Assembly (NCBI GenBank): GCA_963924565.1
Contig: OZ004609.1
Coordinates: forward strand, 29,698,001 to 29,762,000
Direction of reading: 5' to 3'
Source: Ascidiella aspersa
Lineage: Eukaryota
DNA length: 64,000 nt
A program made the translations under genes and the position numbers. Position 1 is the stretch's first letter. Each line of letters starts with the position of its first letter. The notes under the pieces are model-generated. The model made no database searches. It saw only the letters and a list, made by a program, of their open reading frames with translations, and had not been told where the DNA came from. This document shows positions 52,201 through 64,000 of this stretch, piece by piece.

Positions 52201-53440
52201 GGCCAAATAATGTAAAGAAGCTATGCGATTACCGCCATTTGCGCTCTAACAACTTTGTAGCCTTTCCTTCTCATTTACGAAATTTACCAACTAATGGCCT
52301 GTATAAGGGTTCTACAGTTCAAAGCTATCCGCTTTTCATTTAAATTTGAGAAAAAAATGTCCAAAAACGGAGTAATTCTATCCTTTATGTAGCGGCTATG
52401 CACGCTGGCCTTGCACGAATTTCACAATTCCGCGACAGATGCCAGCCTTATGCAATGCATCGATCTGCGTTAAGTGAGATCTAAATGTAAGACTGTAATC
52501 TTATTTCCGCTCCTCCTTGATAAACGGTGGCCATACGTGCTGACGCTCCACCAAAACAGTCAAAGTATTTCAGGCATTTTAAATACATTCTAAAAAATAT
52601 TTTTTCTCCCAAAACTATACCTTGTCTTCTGATACCTAAAGTAATACAGTCTAAGTTTTGTCTAAGTTTTCTTATATTTTCTTTATAGCACAAATAAATA
52701 TTTTATATTTTGCTATTTTTTTGTTTTGTTCCTTGTGGGTCCTTTTAAACGTATTTTTATTCTAAATGTGTTTGTTTCGTGAACTTAAGAAATGACGAAT
52801 CTACATTGTTTTAAAAATCGCATCTGTTAAAAAAAAGTGATGCATCGTAAACTTGGTCCAAGTTGACTTCTAAATAGATTCTTCAGTATTAACAATACCT
52901 TTAGTAATAAAATGCCTCTTATTAGATAATATGCTAAAATGAACATGTTTCGGCCGCATTAAAGTCCTGTTTCATAAGCTTTGTATTTCGTTCCAGTTGT
53001 GCAAAAAGACAGTGGTAAACATTGTCCAGGCTTTCTGTCGTAATTAAAGTCACTCACTGTTGAAGAAAATTTGTTTCGCCTTCAATCTTTTTAATTATTT
53101 TGAATCTGCTCGATTTTGAATGCAGTGTCGTCATTTACTTGCAAGGGCGAGGGTATATAATTTATAAACATTTAGTTTGCCATTAACAGAATTAACAGGC
53201 GTACAAACTGTTATAGCTGCGCATAATTTTGCGTTTGCCTGATACAGAAAAATGTCGTCGCGTGTCGCGTATATTTGCCGGTCATGTGTCGCGCTCGTCA
53301 GATAGGGCGTCATGAATTATTGACGAGCGACCGGAGCCCCCCTCCCTAACCGCCACGGTCGTTTGTGCCCTGATCCGACCGCTTTGCTCCCTCCCTCCCC
53401 CCCCCCCCAACTATCTGGTCCTGATGTCAATTCGCTTATT

Positions 53441-53857
53441 TTATTTTTACGGCTACCGCTCTGCTTTGTATAGCTTTGTGCGCGACTTTCGGCTTCTGCC
53501 AAGATTTGCTTGATTTTTTCGCGTCGCATTGAGACAGGTTGATCTGTGGCGTAAAATTTCGCGCTGGTTTTATCTTTATGGCTACCACATGTCGCTCGGC
53601 ACTGCTTTGCATTACTTCGTCCGCGATTTTGGTTCCACCCAAGATTTGTTTGATTTTTTCTCGTCGCATTGAGACAGGTTGATCTGTGGCGTAAAATTTC
53701 GCGCTGGTTTTATCTTTACGGCTACCACATGTCGCCCCGGTACTGCTTTGTATCGCTTTGTCCGCGATTGTTGGTTCCTGCTAAGATTTGTTTAATTTTT
53801 TTCGCTTCGCATTGAGACAGGTTGATCTGTGGCGTAAAATTTCGCACTGGTTTTATC
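53441..53857. repeat. Three tandem copies of a unit of about 140 bp
   Basis: cgcattgagacaggttgatctgtggcgtaaaatttcgc recurs exactly, with gagacagg at 53531, 53671 and 53814. Confidence 0.95.
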
Positions 53858-56800
53858 AGGTGTTTTCGATTTCGCCATCTGCTTAGATTCCGTTGTCAGG
53901 AAACGTGTCGAGCCTATTTTAGATTTTAGGTTAGCCTTTCCATTGGATTCTGTTGTTGCTTTTTCATTATCAGTCATTGTGCTTTGACTTCGACATTTTG
54001 TTATTATAACCTATGTTCGGGAGCGTGTTTTAGCGGAATGAGTTAATTTTTCGACCGATTCTCTTATCAATAGACCTTACATTTAAGCGCCCAACGACAA
54101 AAAGGTTTAGGTTAAGCTGTTGCGAGAAGTTAGTTTCCTTCCAGATGCTGTAGACCCAAACGCGTTGCGTGAAATGGGCAGATATTTTATTGCAGTTCTT
54201 TGCAGGAATTTCTGTGAAATATTTAGAGTTTGACGTTTGTTAGTGGTCAGATCAGGTTTGTTCTCTTTTAAGTCAATTTCAGGCATAAAAATCAAAACAA
54301 ACGATTTTTACGCAATAAGAGAGACTTAATTTACCTTGAAGCCCACTATATGTTCCAGCAAAGCTATACCGATTGATCGAGTTATAATATAGTTAAAACT
54401 GGTACATTTTGATTGCAGTTGCAAAGTAACGCAATTATATATCTGCGATCTCCTAGTGTCGTTTAATGTTTCTATCATAAATCACTTGTTGTTCTACAGA
54501 TATGTTCGTGTGCGTATATATGTTTTTAGATCTAAGTTCTGTTTTGCGAAATACACGTGGCGAATGCGCTGATTACTTGTCTTAACCATCTTTAGTGGTT
54601 AAAAGTGTTTTTTTCCCACCTGTACTGTGGTAGCTCCGACCCTAAGAGAAGTTGCATGTCGGTGGAGAATTTGAAATTTGCAGTCAAATTCTGGACAAAC
54701 GCTTTTCTTCAATCATGCAGTAAAAATGCATACGGAGTAAAATTGCATATGGTAGCTCACATGTTTGTTAGTTTTCCACTAAGTGAAACTTGTTTGAATT
54801 TTTCTTGCTGTTGTTGGTTAATGGTTTAACTATCACATTGTGCGCTGAGTTATGTGCCAATATGACACATACATATTACATATTATATATACAGACGCAG
54901 CTTGCCAAAAAGCCAAACCAAACCAACAGTATGTAAGATTAATGTTCGTTGTGGTTTGGTCGTTACCTGGCATCTAATTTAATACAAAGAGCTTTCGTTT
55001 GGCTTCGGGCCGGTTATAACCTCCGATAAAGAGCGTCCTAAAACGAAAGTAAAATAATATCGCCTTATTTGCCAAACCCGGTTTTGCGAAGGTTTAAAGC
55101 TGCGAGATTAGGAGTTTATCCACTTGAGCCTCTAAAAATAGATTTGTATGAGGGTTTATCGAGCTCATGAAAGTTTATATAAGGTAGCGTATGACCTTCG
55201 TGCTATAGGCCGTTAGCAGCATGTAGATGCTAGCTTCTTGGCAATAAAGCTTTTTTTATCATTGTTTATCACATGGTGGCTTGCGCATTTGCACTTTTAA
55301 GCTAATCCCCTATACATTTGCATTTTTTTTTAGCTAATCCGTATACTATAGACCGGTCGTAATCAAATGGCGGATCTCGATCCGGTTTCGAATCTTTTTA
55401 ACTTTTTGTGTTGATCTTCCAATTTAGTCTTAAAAAAAACTTTTTACAGTATTTTCATGTGGATACCAATTATCAGTGTTTATGAATATTGTAAAAAACA
55501 AGCATAGAACAAGACTCGCAAATGCTCATTTCCAGGAGATTTTGAGGATATCAGTACACGACAGAAAGCCCCAAATCGATGCTATTGCGCGATCTAAATA
55601 AAAAATATGTTTACTATTCGTATGTAGTGGATCATCATGTTGCTAGGTTTGGCTGTAGTGGATTATGACAGAAATCATTTGAACATCCCTGCTATAGACC
55701 TTCTGTTAACGTCGTCGTGTCAATTCGGTTACCATCGCACTGTTGCCAGATTCGCACCTTTGTTTTGTATCGACAAACCTTAACCCCTCTGGCCGTTGTT
55801 CACTTGCTTGCTTGTTTGTGTGTGTCTGCCTGTGTGTTTATCGGATTGAGGGCGGCGGCAAGCAAGAAAGAGGTCGACCTCAAAACAAATTGTTTCGACA
55901 CCTCGCTACAAGTTTCGGACTTGTCGCATAACACCATTAAATATACTTCACCGGAGAGCCAGCGTCGGGCGGTGTTAGCACCTGGACGGGACGCCAGTCG
56001 ACGTCAACACTCTCCTGTGGCGCGCTCGCCAGTACAATCGTTCGTGGGCTGGCGTAGTGATCGGATCAGCGACCTTAAGTCATTAGTTTCGCGTCGGCGG
56101 CTCAAATCGGCCGGCATTGTGCCCTGTTGTTGTTCGCGGTGGCGTTGAAATTGAAAGGCAAAGGCGCGTACTGGCGAATCAACAGCGAATAAAAGACCCG
56201 ACGACCTTCTGAGGCTTTGTTGTGTGTCGGCTGTGCGCCGAGCGTTTGGTCTGTAGGCTGGATTGGTTTCGAATTTGTTGGAGCGCATTGTACCTTGTGT
56301 TGTGGGTGCCGAACGAGACTGGTGCGAAATGCTGCTGTGTTTTGGGCAGGTCTTCTACCTAGTGTAGTTTGTTCACGTTAAACCGCTTTGCATGGCTAAA
56401 ATTGAAAATAACCAGCACCGTTTTTGTAACCCTGTTTTCGTGCGCCAAAGTAGCGGTTTGCGAAAGGCTGCCGGATGATTTTAAAGCTTTTATGTAACCT
56501 AAACGAAGTTAGAAAAGAAGAGCTTGGGTAATTTTGCTGTAGCGTAACTTATATAGCACTCGTATTGCACGACGTTGAATTGCAGTTAGGTACAAGTTGT
56601 CGTCTGAACTTTACTGCTGTACCAATGGTATGACCGCTATGGAGTTTGATGAGCATAACAGATTCGCCAGCAAGCAGTGAAGATTTGGACTGCTTGACTG
56701 AGCTTTGCTGTTTTTTATGTTTTATTCAATCGCGCTGAACGCTAATGCTGCAATGAACAGCTTGCTATAAACAAAATCTCCTATCGTGTGCATGATGATG

Positions 56801-57440
56801 ATGTTATGTAAAAGCTAATTTAGACAGAATCGTGTAATAAATATGCTGCACAATATGACTCGAGCAAAAATAGGATACATTGCGCTTGTAAGGTTGTTTT
56901 CAGACCTTAATTGGAACGAAATGACTCGGAACAATACAGGATAGACGTCGGCAACAGATACAAGCAGCAAAGTCGGGACTTGAACGGCAAAAAACAGGTT
57001 GTTTTAACCGTATTTTCGTTTTATTTAGAAAAAAAAAATAGGCGACCGACATTGCACTTTTAAAAGAAAAGGTGTGACACGAAACCGACTGCCGCACTAT
57101 TTGGCCGAAAAAAATAGACAAAAGGAGTTCACCCAACAACAATGTCGCGTCGCTAAAAGAACAACTACAAAACGGATCTATAACCCAAGTTTACAATAAA
57201 GCAAGCGGCGTCGCCGGTGGTCAGGAGTACAGACAAAATATACCACAGCAGAGTATCTTCATTGGGCGTTTCGGCCACCAACCGTAGACCATCTCGCGCG
57301 ACAAACAGTGATGAGAGATCCGTGTTGACGGGCAGCTGGGCGCTTTGAACTTAAGGCAAAGGAGAAGGGTCTATTTCTCCCCTGTCTTCCCTATTGTCTT
57401 TCTTGTTTTCCTGTGAAAGAGGAGCGACCCGGAACCGGAA

Positions 57441-57500
57441 ATGACGGAGCCGTCCGCCGTTACGTGCAATTGCACGCCCGCCGTTTCGGTTCCGACCCTG
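57441..57500 (+). CDS. KCNMA1: BK channel (Slo1) first coding exon, MTEPSAVTCNCTPAVSVPTL
   Basis: Long pyrimidine tract 57371-57412 then AG at 57419; ATG at 57441; CTG|GTGAGT donor; phase 0 matches the S0 exon. Confidence 0.7.
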
Positions 57501-60180
57501 GTGAGTGTTACCCTGTTTCGGAACTTTTTTGCTTTTCTGTATCCATAAAATACTGGTATTTTAACACTGATGATGGCATGAGGTATTGGCGAAACGTTTG
57601 TAAACACCAAAATGACGATTTTTTTTAACATAAATATAGATTTTTGGCAATTGTACAAACGCGACTCAGCACGAGTAATTTCGTACCGAAATGTGTCGTA
57701 TAATATAATCCCTGAACAAGAATCAAAACTTCTCGGATTCGCAACAGAAAACTGTTTAAAAATCCTGGGCAACAGAGTTGAAATTCGTCTCGCAGATTAT
57801 TATAGAACGCAAACGGAAAGAATACAACCCCAAGCAATATTTCTGTTGCCGGCAGATGGTTGCCCAAATTGCAAATTAACAAAAAGTAACAACGTCGGTG
57901 AACAGTCGCACGAAATATATAAACATATATCTTCAGGTGTTTTCGGTGGTGGATAAGGTATTATACGAACGAGTCATTTATAATTCGCGATGCAAATATT
58001 ACGCAACAGACTTTAGGTTTTCGTAATACCTCTGGGAAATTCCGAAAAAATAAAAAGCCAAAACGTTTGTAAAATCTACATTTATTTTTTTCTTGTTTTA
58101 CACGTTTCCGCAATAACTTATGCCATCAGTAGATTTTATCAACATATTCTGGCTTACAAATACGCATTAAAATTACCACAAAACCGTACTGTGTGTCGAG
58201 AGTTTATTTCTAGGCCAAACTATGTATTTTTAAGACCGGTAAGAAGGAGCCAGTTTCGAACCCTCAAAAACAGCCAAAAAACTTTAATTAAACTCGCGAA
58301 CGTAAGTCAGATGATGGTGCAAAGAAACTGTGTGATCAGGTTACCCGGTTGTGCGAAAGCTCGTCGAGAGTTCAACACAACTTGTCTCGTTATAATGCAA
58401 CATGATTATCCTAGAATTAGACAAATACGACCATTTACAAAGCTTGGCCAAAAAACTGATACTTTGCCAACCCAACTGCCAGTCAAACCTGCCCGTCTCG
58501 TCCAACGTGCCGCTACCCGGATCACTGCTTTTAGTCGCAGATTATCCATAATTCATCGAAAATGCGCAAAGCAGACAAAGCGCTGCCGCTTTGTTATTTT
58601 CTCGAATATTTCACTGTTTAATTCGCGTGATGCGGTCGCATTTTAGAGCTCAAATAATGCCACAGCTAGACACTTTGTCTTTGTTAACTCTAGCTGATCT
58701 CGCCTTTAAAGGACGATCGTCTCGGCATTGCGCCTTAACTTGTATTATGCATATTCGCCGGTTCTAATGAATAAATCATGATTCGCTCGGATTTTAAACG
58801 GTCTGCTCTTACGAAAAAAAATCGTAATTAAAAATCACACCGAAAACATGTCCCGGCCGATGCTAATGTTGAAAGCATATCCCTGTTAAAACCACGAGCG
58901 CAAGCGTTTAAAACGGTTCTTGTTAAGGTCAGGAATCATTTAAAAAAGGACTTACCAAACCTTGTTCTTATCCGCTTTGGTGCAAAATGGTTAATAGAGA
59001 ATTCTTTTTAACGATTTCTTTCATTTTGGATAATTATGTAATCTAATTTCAGTCGTTTCGTTTGCAGCTTTGGTAAAATATTTCCAAACATAAGTTATTA
59101 AGTCATTTTGTGATGATGTCAACGCTTATTAAATTATAGGCAAGCATCAAGCGTAAAATACTGTTTTCTTCGTTTGTCATGGCCTGTAAAAACTATATTT
59201 TTGTTTGAGTGACAGTGGGAGTTTCAGTTTATGTCTCACGCAAACGAGTACTCAGCTTTTTGGATAAATTAACAAAGGTATAATTATACATGGCTAAAAT
59301 AAGCCTGCACCGCCTATAAAAATCGACTGTTGTGTTTGATTGAGTTTTCTAATACGAAGATCGGTATATTTATACACTAGGCCTGTAAATCAGTTTTAAA
59401 TCTAGGTATTGGGCTCTTAAATAGCACTACATGCCGTGCGCGGTCACTGAAAAGCCCCCTAGGCACACAATATCGCGTGAGAGGTTGTTGACCTTGTAAT
59501 ATGCGCCGCCACGCCAAGCCACGCAACGCTACAAGCACAAGACGTACAGTCGTACATGCGTTAAGCGGCAGACGAGGGGCCGCCTGGGTAAATATCGACG
59601 GCTCGGCGACACAGAAAACAAACAAAGGAAGATCTGCGCCCGATCTCCATACGTCCCTCGACGGCAAACGTTTGTTTCGTTTCCCTTTTGACGCATTCGC
59701 TTCGCGAGGATTTGGGTGTTTTTTCAGCGGATTGCGTCAGTTTCGCTTACCCCTTGGTGCGTAAAGGAGAATTTTGACGCAAAACTTGCTTGTTTATTCT
59801 TGACGCAAACCTTTGGGTTTTTGTATGGTGTGGACTGATAAAGGCCAATATGTCTAAATTACTTAAACCTAATTTGATTTGCGAGGTTTAACTAATCATT
59901 TAGGCCGAGTTTTCTGAAATGCTTAATTGAGTTTGCAAGGTATTGGTACGCCTTTAGGCTTATCTAAATTATATCAAATAATGAAACCAGTATAGTCTAA
60001 CATCCCTGTGTCTAATACCAGCCCTGTAGTTTGAAAATCGCACGTCTAACATTCCCCCAACGGTTTCGAACAAATTCCCCGATAGTTTGACACCAACATG
60101 TCCCATATTCGCCTTTGAGAAGCGTCCAACAGATTTTGTTATTGTTTAAATTTCAAAACCTTTTTTTCTTTTTTTTCCAG

Positions 60181-60311
60181 ATCCCGAACACATGCGAGAA
60201 CACGCGGATGTGGTATGCCTTTCTCTCCTCTTCTCTCGTTACCTTCTTCGGCGGTCTGCTGGTCATCCTTATCTGGCGCATGTTCAGCTACATGTGCTGT
60301 CCCGGCTACAG
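60181..60311 (+). CDS. KCNMA1: BK channel (Slo1) S0 exon, IPNTCENTRMWYAFLSSSLVTFFGGLLVILIWRMFSYMCCPGY
   Basis: Matches the Slo1 S0 motif RMWxAFLxSSxVTFFGGL; ttttttccag acceptor, AG|GTGAGC donor; phase 0-2. Confidence 0.96.
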
Positions 60312-62318
60312 GTGAGCAACATGTGCTTTCGTTTGTTTAACTCGGATTGTTGCTAAGTCGGCATCCATTTCTGGTCCAAACCCCAGTAATGATTGGAAGT
60401 TTTTTGTACCATAGGTTTTTCGCGAAATCGGCAGCTATTTTTGGTCATAACCCCAATAATGATTGGAAGGTTGTCGTATTATTGTAAAAAGGGTATTGCT
60501 TCCTGTGTATTGAAAATTATGAAAAATATAATATGCATTGATGAAATGGACTTATTATAGGTGCTTGTATAGGTTTGCCACATTTTTTAACATTCACAGT
60601 ACCTAACCATCTTGTTCAATTTTCGTTTTTTTCCAAAGACAAGGAAAAGTAAAATAAAGTTAATATGTGACCAGGTTAGGTAACTAAGACATTTAAAACC
60701 CCAGAGCCAATTGTGGCACTTGTTTTTTGAAATAGGCAAGTCAAATGTACCCGCAACTGATCGCGTTGCTCTACCTATCTACTAGTTTAAGACAGCTTTG
60801 CTGTTGCGTCGGACACTTATTTTCATAAATTGGCATTTAGCGTTTTTACCACGTAGATATTTCTTTGACGTAATTGGCCTGCGTTTTTTTGTAACCATTT
60901 TTTTGTGGACATGCGGTAATGCCAAGTGCTCGAAACTCTTTTGCCAGAAAATTATATATCCTTGACGGGGTTTTCCATTTGTAAACATTGGTTGAGGGTG
61001 CTTGATTTACTGGGAAACTGTAAACGTAATTTGAGGTGTGCACTCTGTATTCGCGGTACCGCTATAACGATAAGGAGAAGCTGTTAATCGTTGTGATATT
61101 ATTCATGTTTTAGACAGTAATTTTTTCCGGTATATTTTCACAGCGTGCGATGGTATAATTTGTTAGTAAAATTGACACCCATAATTGTTATTTGATAAAA
61201 ACTAATTTTGAATTTCCGGTATCTCAAAACAAGTTTGTATGACCTAATTTAGTTGTAAAGTATAGTCTTGATTTTCGATAAAAAAGCAACGACTATATGC
61301 AAATGACTACACCACTACTACATGTTCATGGCACCGTTTCGCACTGTGTTTGCTGCACAAACTTTTCGCTGTTTGCTCCGTTCGTGAGTTGCCTAGACAA
61401 ATAGATTTGGAAACACACAGTCTTTACTAACGCGTTATATCGGCCTTGAAAATCAGCAATCTCCTTGAACGCCGTGATATAAAAATCGTCTGGGAGAAAA
61501 ATCAATGAATATATCAGTAAATAGCTTATACTGAAAAAAATATATTGTGAATGGCACTCATACCAGTTGTTACATAGAAATAAAAAAATACTCGGTTATT
61601 GCCAATTATGTTGTGACTTCTTGCTATGGTAGTTGTCTTCGTTTAAACGACAAACGCGATAATTTTATTAAAACCCGGGCTGAGTTGTTTGTCGGCATGA
61701 ATTATGCATTTGCACCGATGCTTTGAAAGGCGAAAGTAATTAAGGTAAAATAGGAAGTGTCAAGTCAAAAACACGCGGAGTATTGTTTTGTTTTTGTACT
61801 TTTGTAAAAAAAAACTCGTGTAGAGGATTGGGCACTTATGACGAGTGTTAGGGATGGGGGTTGAAAAACTGAAATTTAGTATATTTCTTGAAATGAGACT
61901 TTTTTTACTTTTCCTTGACAAAAGGGCCTATATTATGTGGGAGTGATTTTCTATATTTTTATAATATATAACCCGTTTAAAAACACGCCATAGCACAACA
62001 AGTGAAATCTTCCTACAAATACATGGACTTGAATGTACCAATGGCTGACTTATTAAAATATGCATCAGTCCTGTTTGTTTAATGGCATCTGTCGCGTTTT
62101 CTCGCCGAGCAATACAAATAGAAACCTTAATCGGTACGACGCGCGGTAATTTTCGACCTGTTTGAATTAAACATTAAACCAATGGAAAACATTAAACCCC
62201 TGAACCACAACGCGACGATGGCAAATATTTTTTGCGATTTTTTCGTGTATACATGACCTTTTTAGATATGTATATAGCCTTTGAAACGACGCTTTGACGC
62301 AACATCGTGGGCTCAGCA

Positions 62319-62575
62319 CAGAGGCGTATTGCCAGGGTATTTTGCGCCTGGGGACAAACTATATAAGTGGCGCCCCTCCTCCATATTTAATCACACTTTC
62401 TATTACATTAACATAATATACCTTACTTTGTACGGAAAAACAATTCACATTTTTTAGAACATTGTGTTTAAAAAAGAACCGCTTTTTGTGAAAATTTTGA
62501 ACCTCATTTTGGCGCCCCTGTAGCTTGGCGCCCGGGGATATATGTACGCCACCGCCTTTCTTAGCTAGGCCTCTG
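62319..62575. mobile_element. hAT (Tip100-like) MITE in a Slo1 intron
   Basis: cagaggcgta / taggcctctg termini; GGCGCCC subterminal motifs; TSD gctcagca/gctcatcg (6 of 8). Confidence 0.75.
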
Positions 62576-63105
62576 GCTCATCGCCAGCTATGCTACGTTT
62601 GTTTTTCCGACTCGAAGTGAAATACACGCTAAATTATTGAACAATTTGATACGCTGCTGAAAAATGTTATTTTCGTGCGGATTTATTTTTCACGTTTTGC
62701 ATAAAATGCTGTTCTCCTAATTCATAAAATGTACCTTAGTAAAGAACATGAGAAGATTTCCCAGCAAACCAAACTAATCATTAGTAACTGACCAAACCCC
62801 CACAAGAAAGTGGTAAAATGTAAAATGCGCCCCTCCCAGCCACAAAAAATAATAAAAATAAACCTAGAATACAGTCATATAATTTTTTTACGACATCTAT
62901 AGTCAAACGCTTACGCACAACAGTCTATATAGTAAAAATCCTTAGCAAACTGCACATAACCCGATTAAACTGACCCAACACTCACAAATGTAGCATCAAA
63001 CAGCCTCTTTTCTAAAAAAAAACTGACACTTAAAGACGCTTTAAAAAGGGCATCCAACCACCAAGCGAACCGCTTTGTTTACTTTGAAATATCATTTCGC
63101 TACAG

Positions 63106-63274
63106 CGAAGAGCCGAAGCCGCTGCTGGACTGTGACGAGAGCGGCGATGACGAATCAGAAGTGGCCGCTGAGAAACGCAAGAGCGTGGGAGCGATAGAGG
63201 TGGGCTGGATGACCGCAGTCAAGGACTGGGCAGGCGTCATGATCTCGGCCCAGACCCTCATCGGCAGAATCCTG
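63106..63274 (+). CDS. KCNMA1: BK channel (Slo1) S0-S1 loop exon (…[26 protein letters not shown]); gene continues beyond the window
   Basis: Near-identical to Slo1 [26 protein letters not shown]; ctacag acceptor, GTGAGT donor; 169 nt, phase 2-0. Confidence 0.97.
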
Positions 63275-64000
63275 GTGAGTGTGTGTGCTTGCGCGCGCGT
63301 GTGTGTGTACGTGAAGGAAGGTGCGTGCATGTGTGACCCATAGCCCATCTTTTTAATATTAAAATGCGTTATGGTTTAATGTTGAACCTCGTAAAAATCA
63401 TTCTATGCCCAGTCGCCATTAAAAACTATATAGTACGGCAAAACTTCGTATTTCGTGTTTGGCGTAACTTAATTTTGAGCTCATCGCACGCATAGTACAT
63501 ATAACCAGCACTTAAAACGAGCGCTGATGTATATAACGTTTCTCGTCATAAGAAAGTGTTAATTTGTTTCTATTCCGCCTCCGTCCATCGGAAGTACGTG
63601 CTGTGACCGCAAGCAGGGCCCTTGCTCTTAATCTAACCAAGTCCGTTGTGCCTGTGTGTTATAATCGCTTCAACTTCCAGTCAAAGGCAATTTACACTCT
63701 ATTGCGTTTCGCTGCAGGCGTAACACTTTGCTTAGGCCGGTGGTTCCCAACCTTTTTGTACTCGCGACCCTTTTGCCGATTTGCAAAAACCTTCGCGACT
63801 CCCGTTTCTCCTTTCATTGAAAACAAGAGTAAAGGTGACTAAAACACACGACTGGTTCATAGAGCAAATGTCGTTAACATTAACATAATTGTTGAACATG
63901 TGCAGTATTTGACTTCCTGCACTACTAATTTGTTTCTTATTTTGTTTATTGTCAATTTTTTGTTCGACAAATAGTACACAGTGGGCCAGGTTATACAGTC

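Noticed and set aside
53441-53857. CRISPR-like array
   Set aside because: Eukaryotic context, no cas genes, and the intervening segments are homologous to each other.
55717-58646. ORFs of 114-151 aa around the Slo1 start (55717, 57371, 57612, 58191)
   Set aside because: No homology cues and inconsistent with the Slo1 exon chain; probably UTR or intron.
19597-60470. Numerous 20-25 bp local duplications (about 19597, 25711, 45116, 47013, 50381, 50447, 60370) and (TA)n runs
   Set aside because: Ordinary slippage or repair duplications and microsatellites with no shared motif.

Overview
AT-rich eukaryotic (metazoan) genomic DNA with GT-AG introns and many short hAT-type non-autonomous DNA transposons. 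Compact gene packing and chordate-like proteins suggest a tunicate/ascidian, but that is inference. Five protein-coding genes were reconstructed by hand. (1) PAN3 on the minus strand: 16 coding exons from ATG 17679 down to 1329, all junctions phase-consistent, 733 codons in the window, 3' end off the left edge. (2) Head-to-head with it, a Kv-beta (KCNAB) subunit whose whole aldo-keto-reductase core is one exon (18483-19472). (3) Intronless mitochondrial ribosomal protein uS11m (MRPS11, 20041-20676), 568 bp downstream on the same strand, an operon-like arrangement. (4) A convergent 3-exon, 412-aa orphan gene (minus, 29402-22349) that the ORF track splits into three pieces: long Ser/Arg-rich N-terminus, two-TM hairpin with a basic juxtamembrane tail resembling PIRT/TMEM100, and a C-terminal PDZ ligand (-ETSL). 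(5) The first three coding exons of the BK channel alpha subunit (Slo1/KCNMA1, plus, from 57441, running off the right edge). About 28 kb between genes 4 and 5 is non-coding, with CpG-rich islands, CRE motifs, MITEs and tandem repeats. The best new-biology candidate is the orphan two-TM protein lying between a Kv-beta and a BK channel gene. No tRNA, rRNA or CRISPR features were found.
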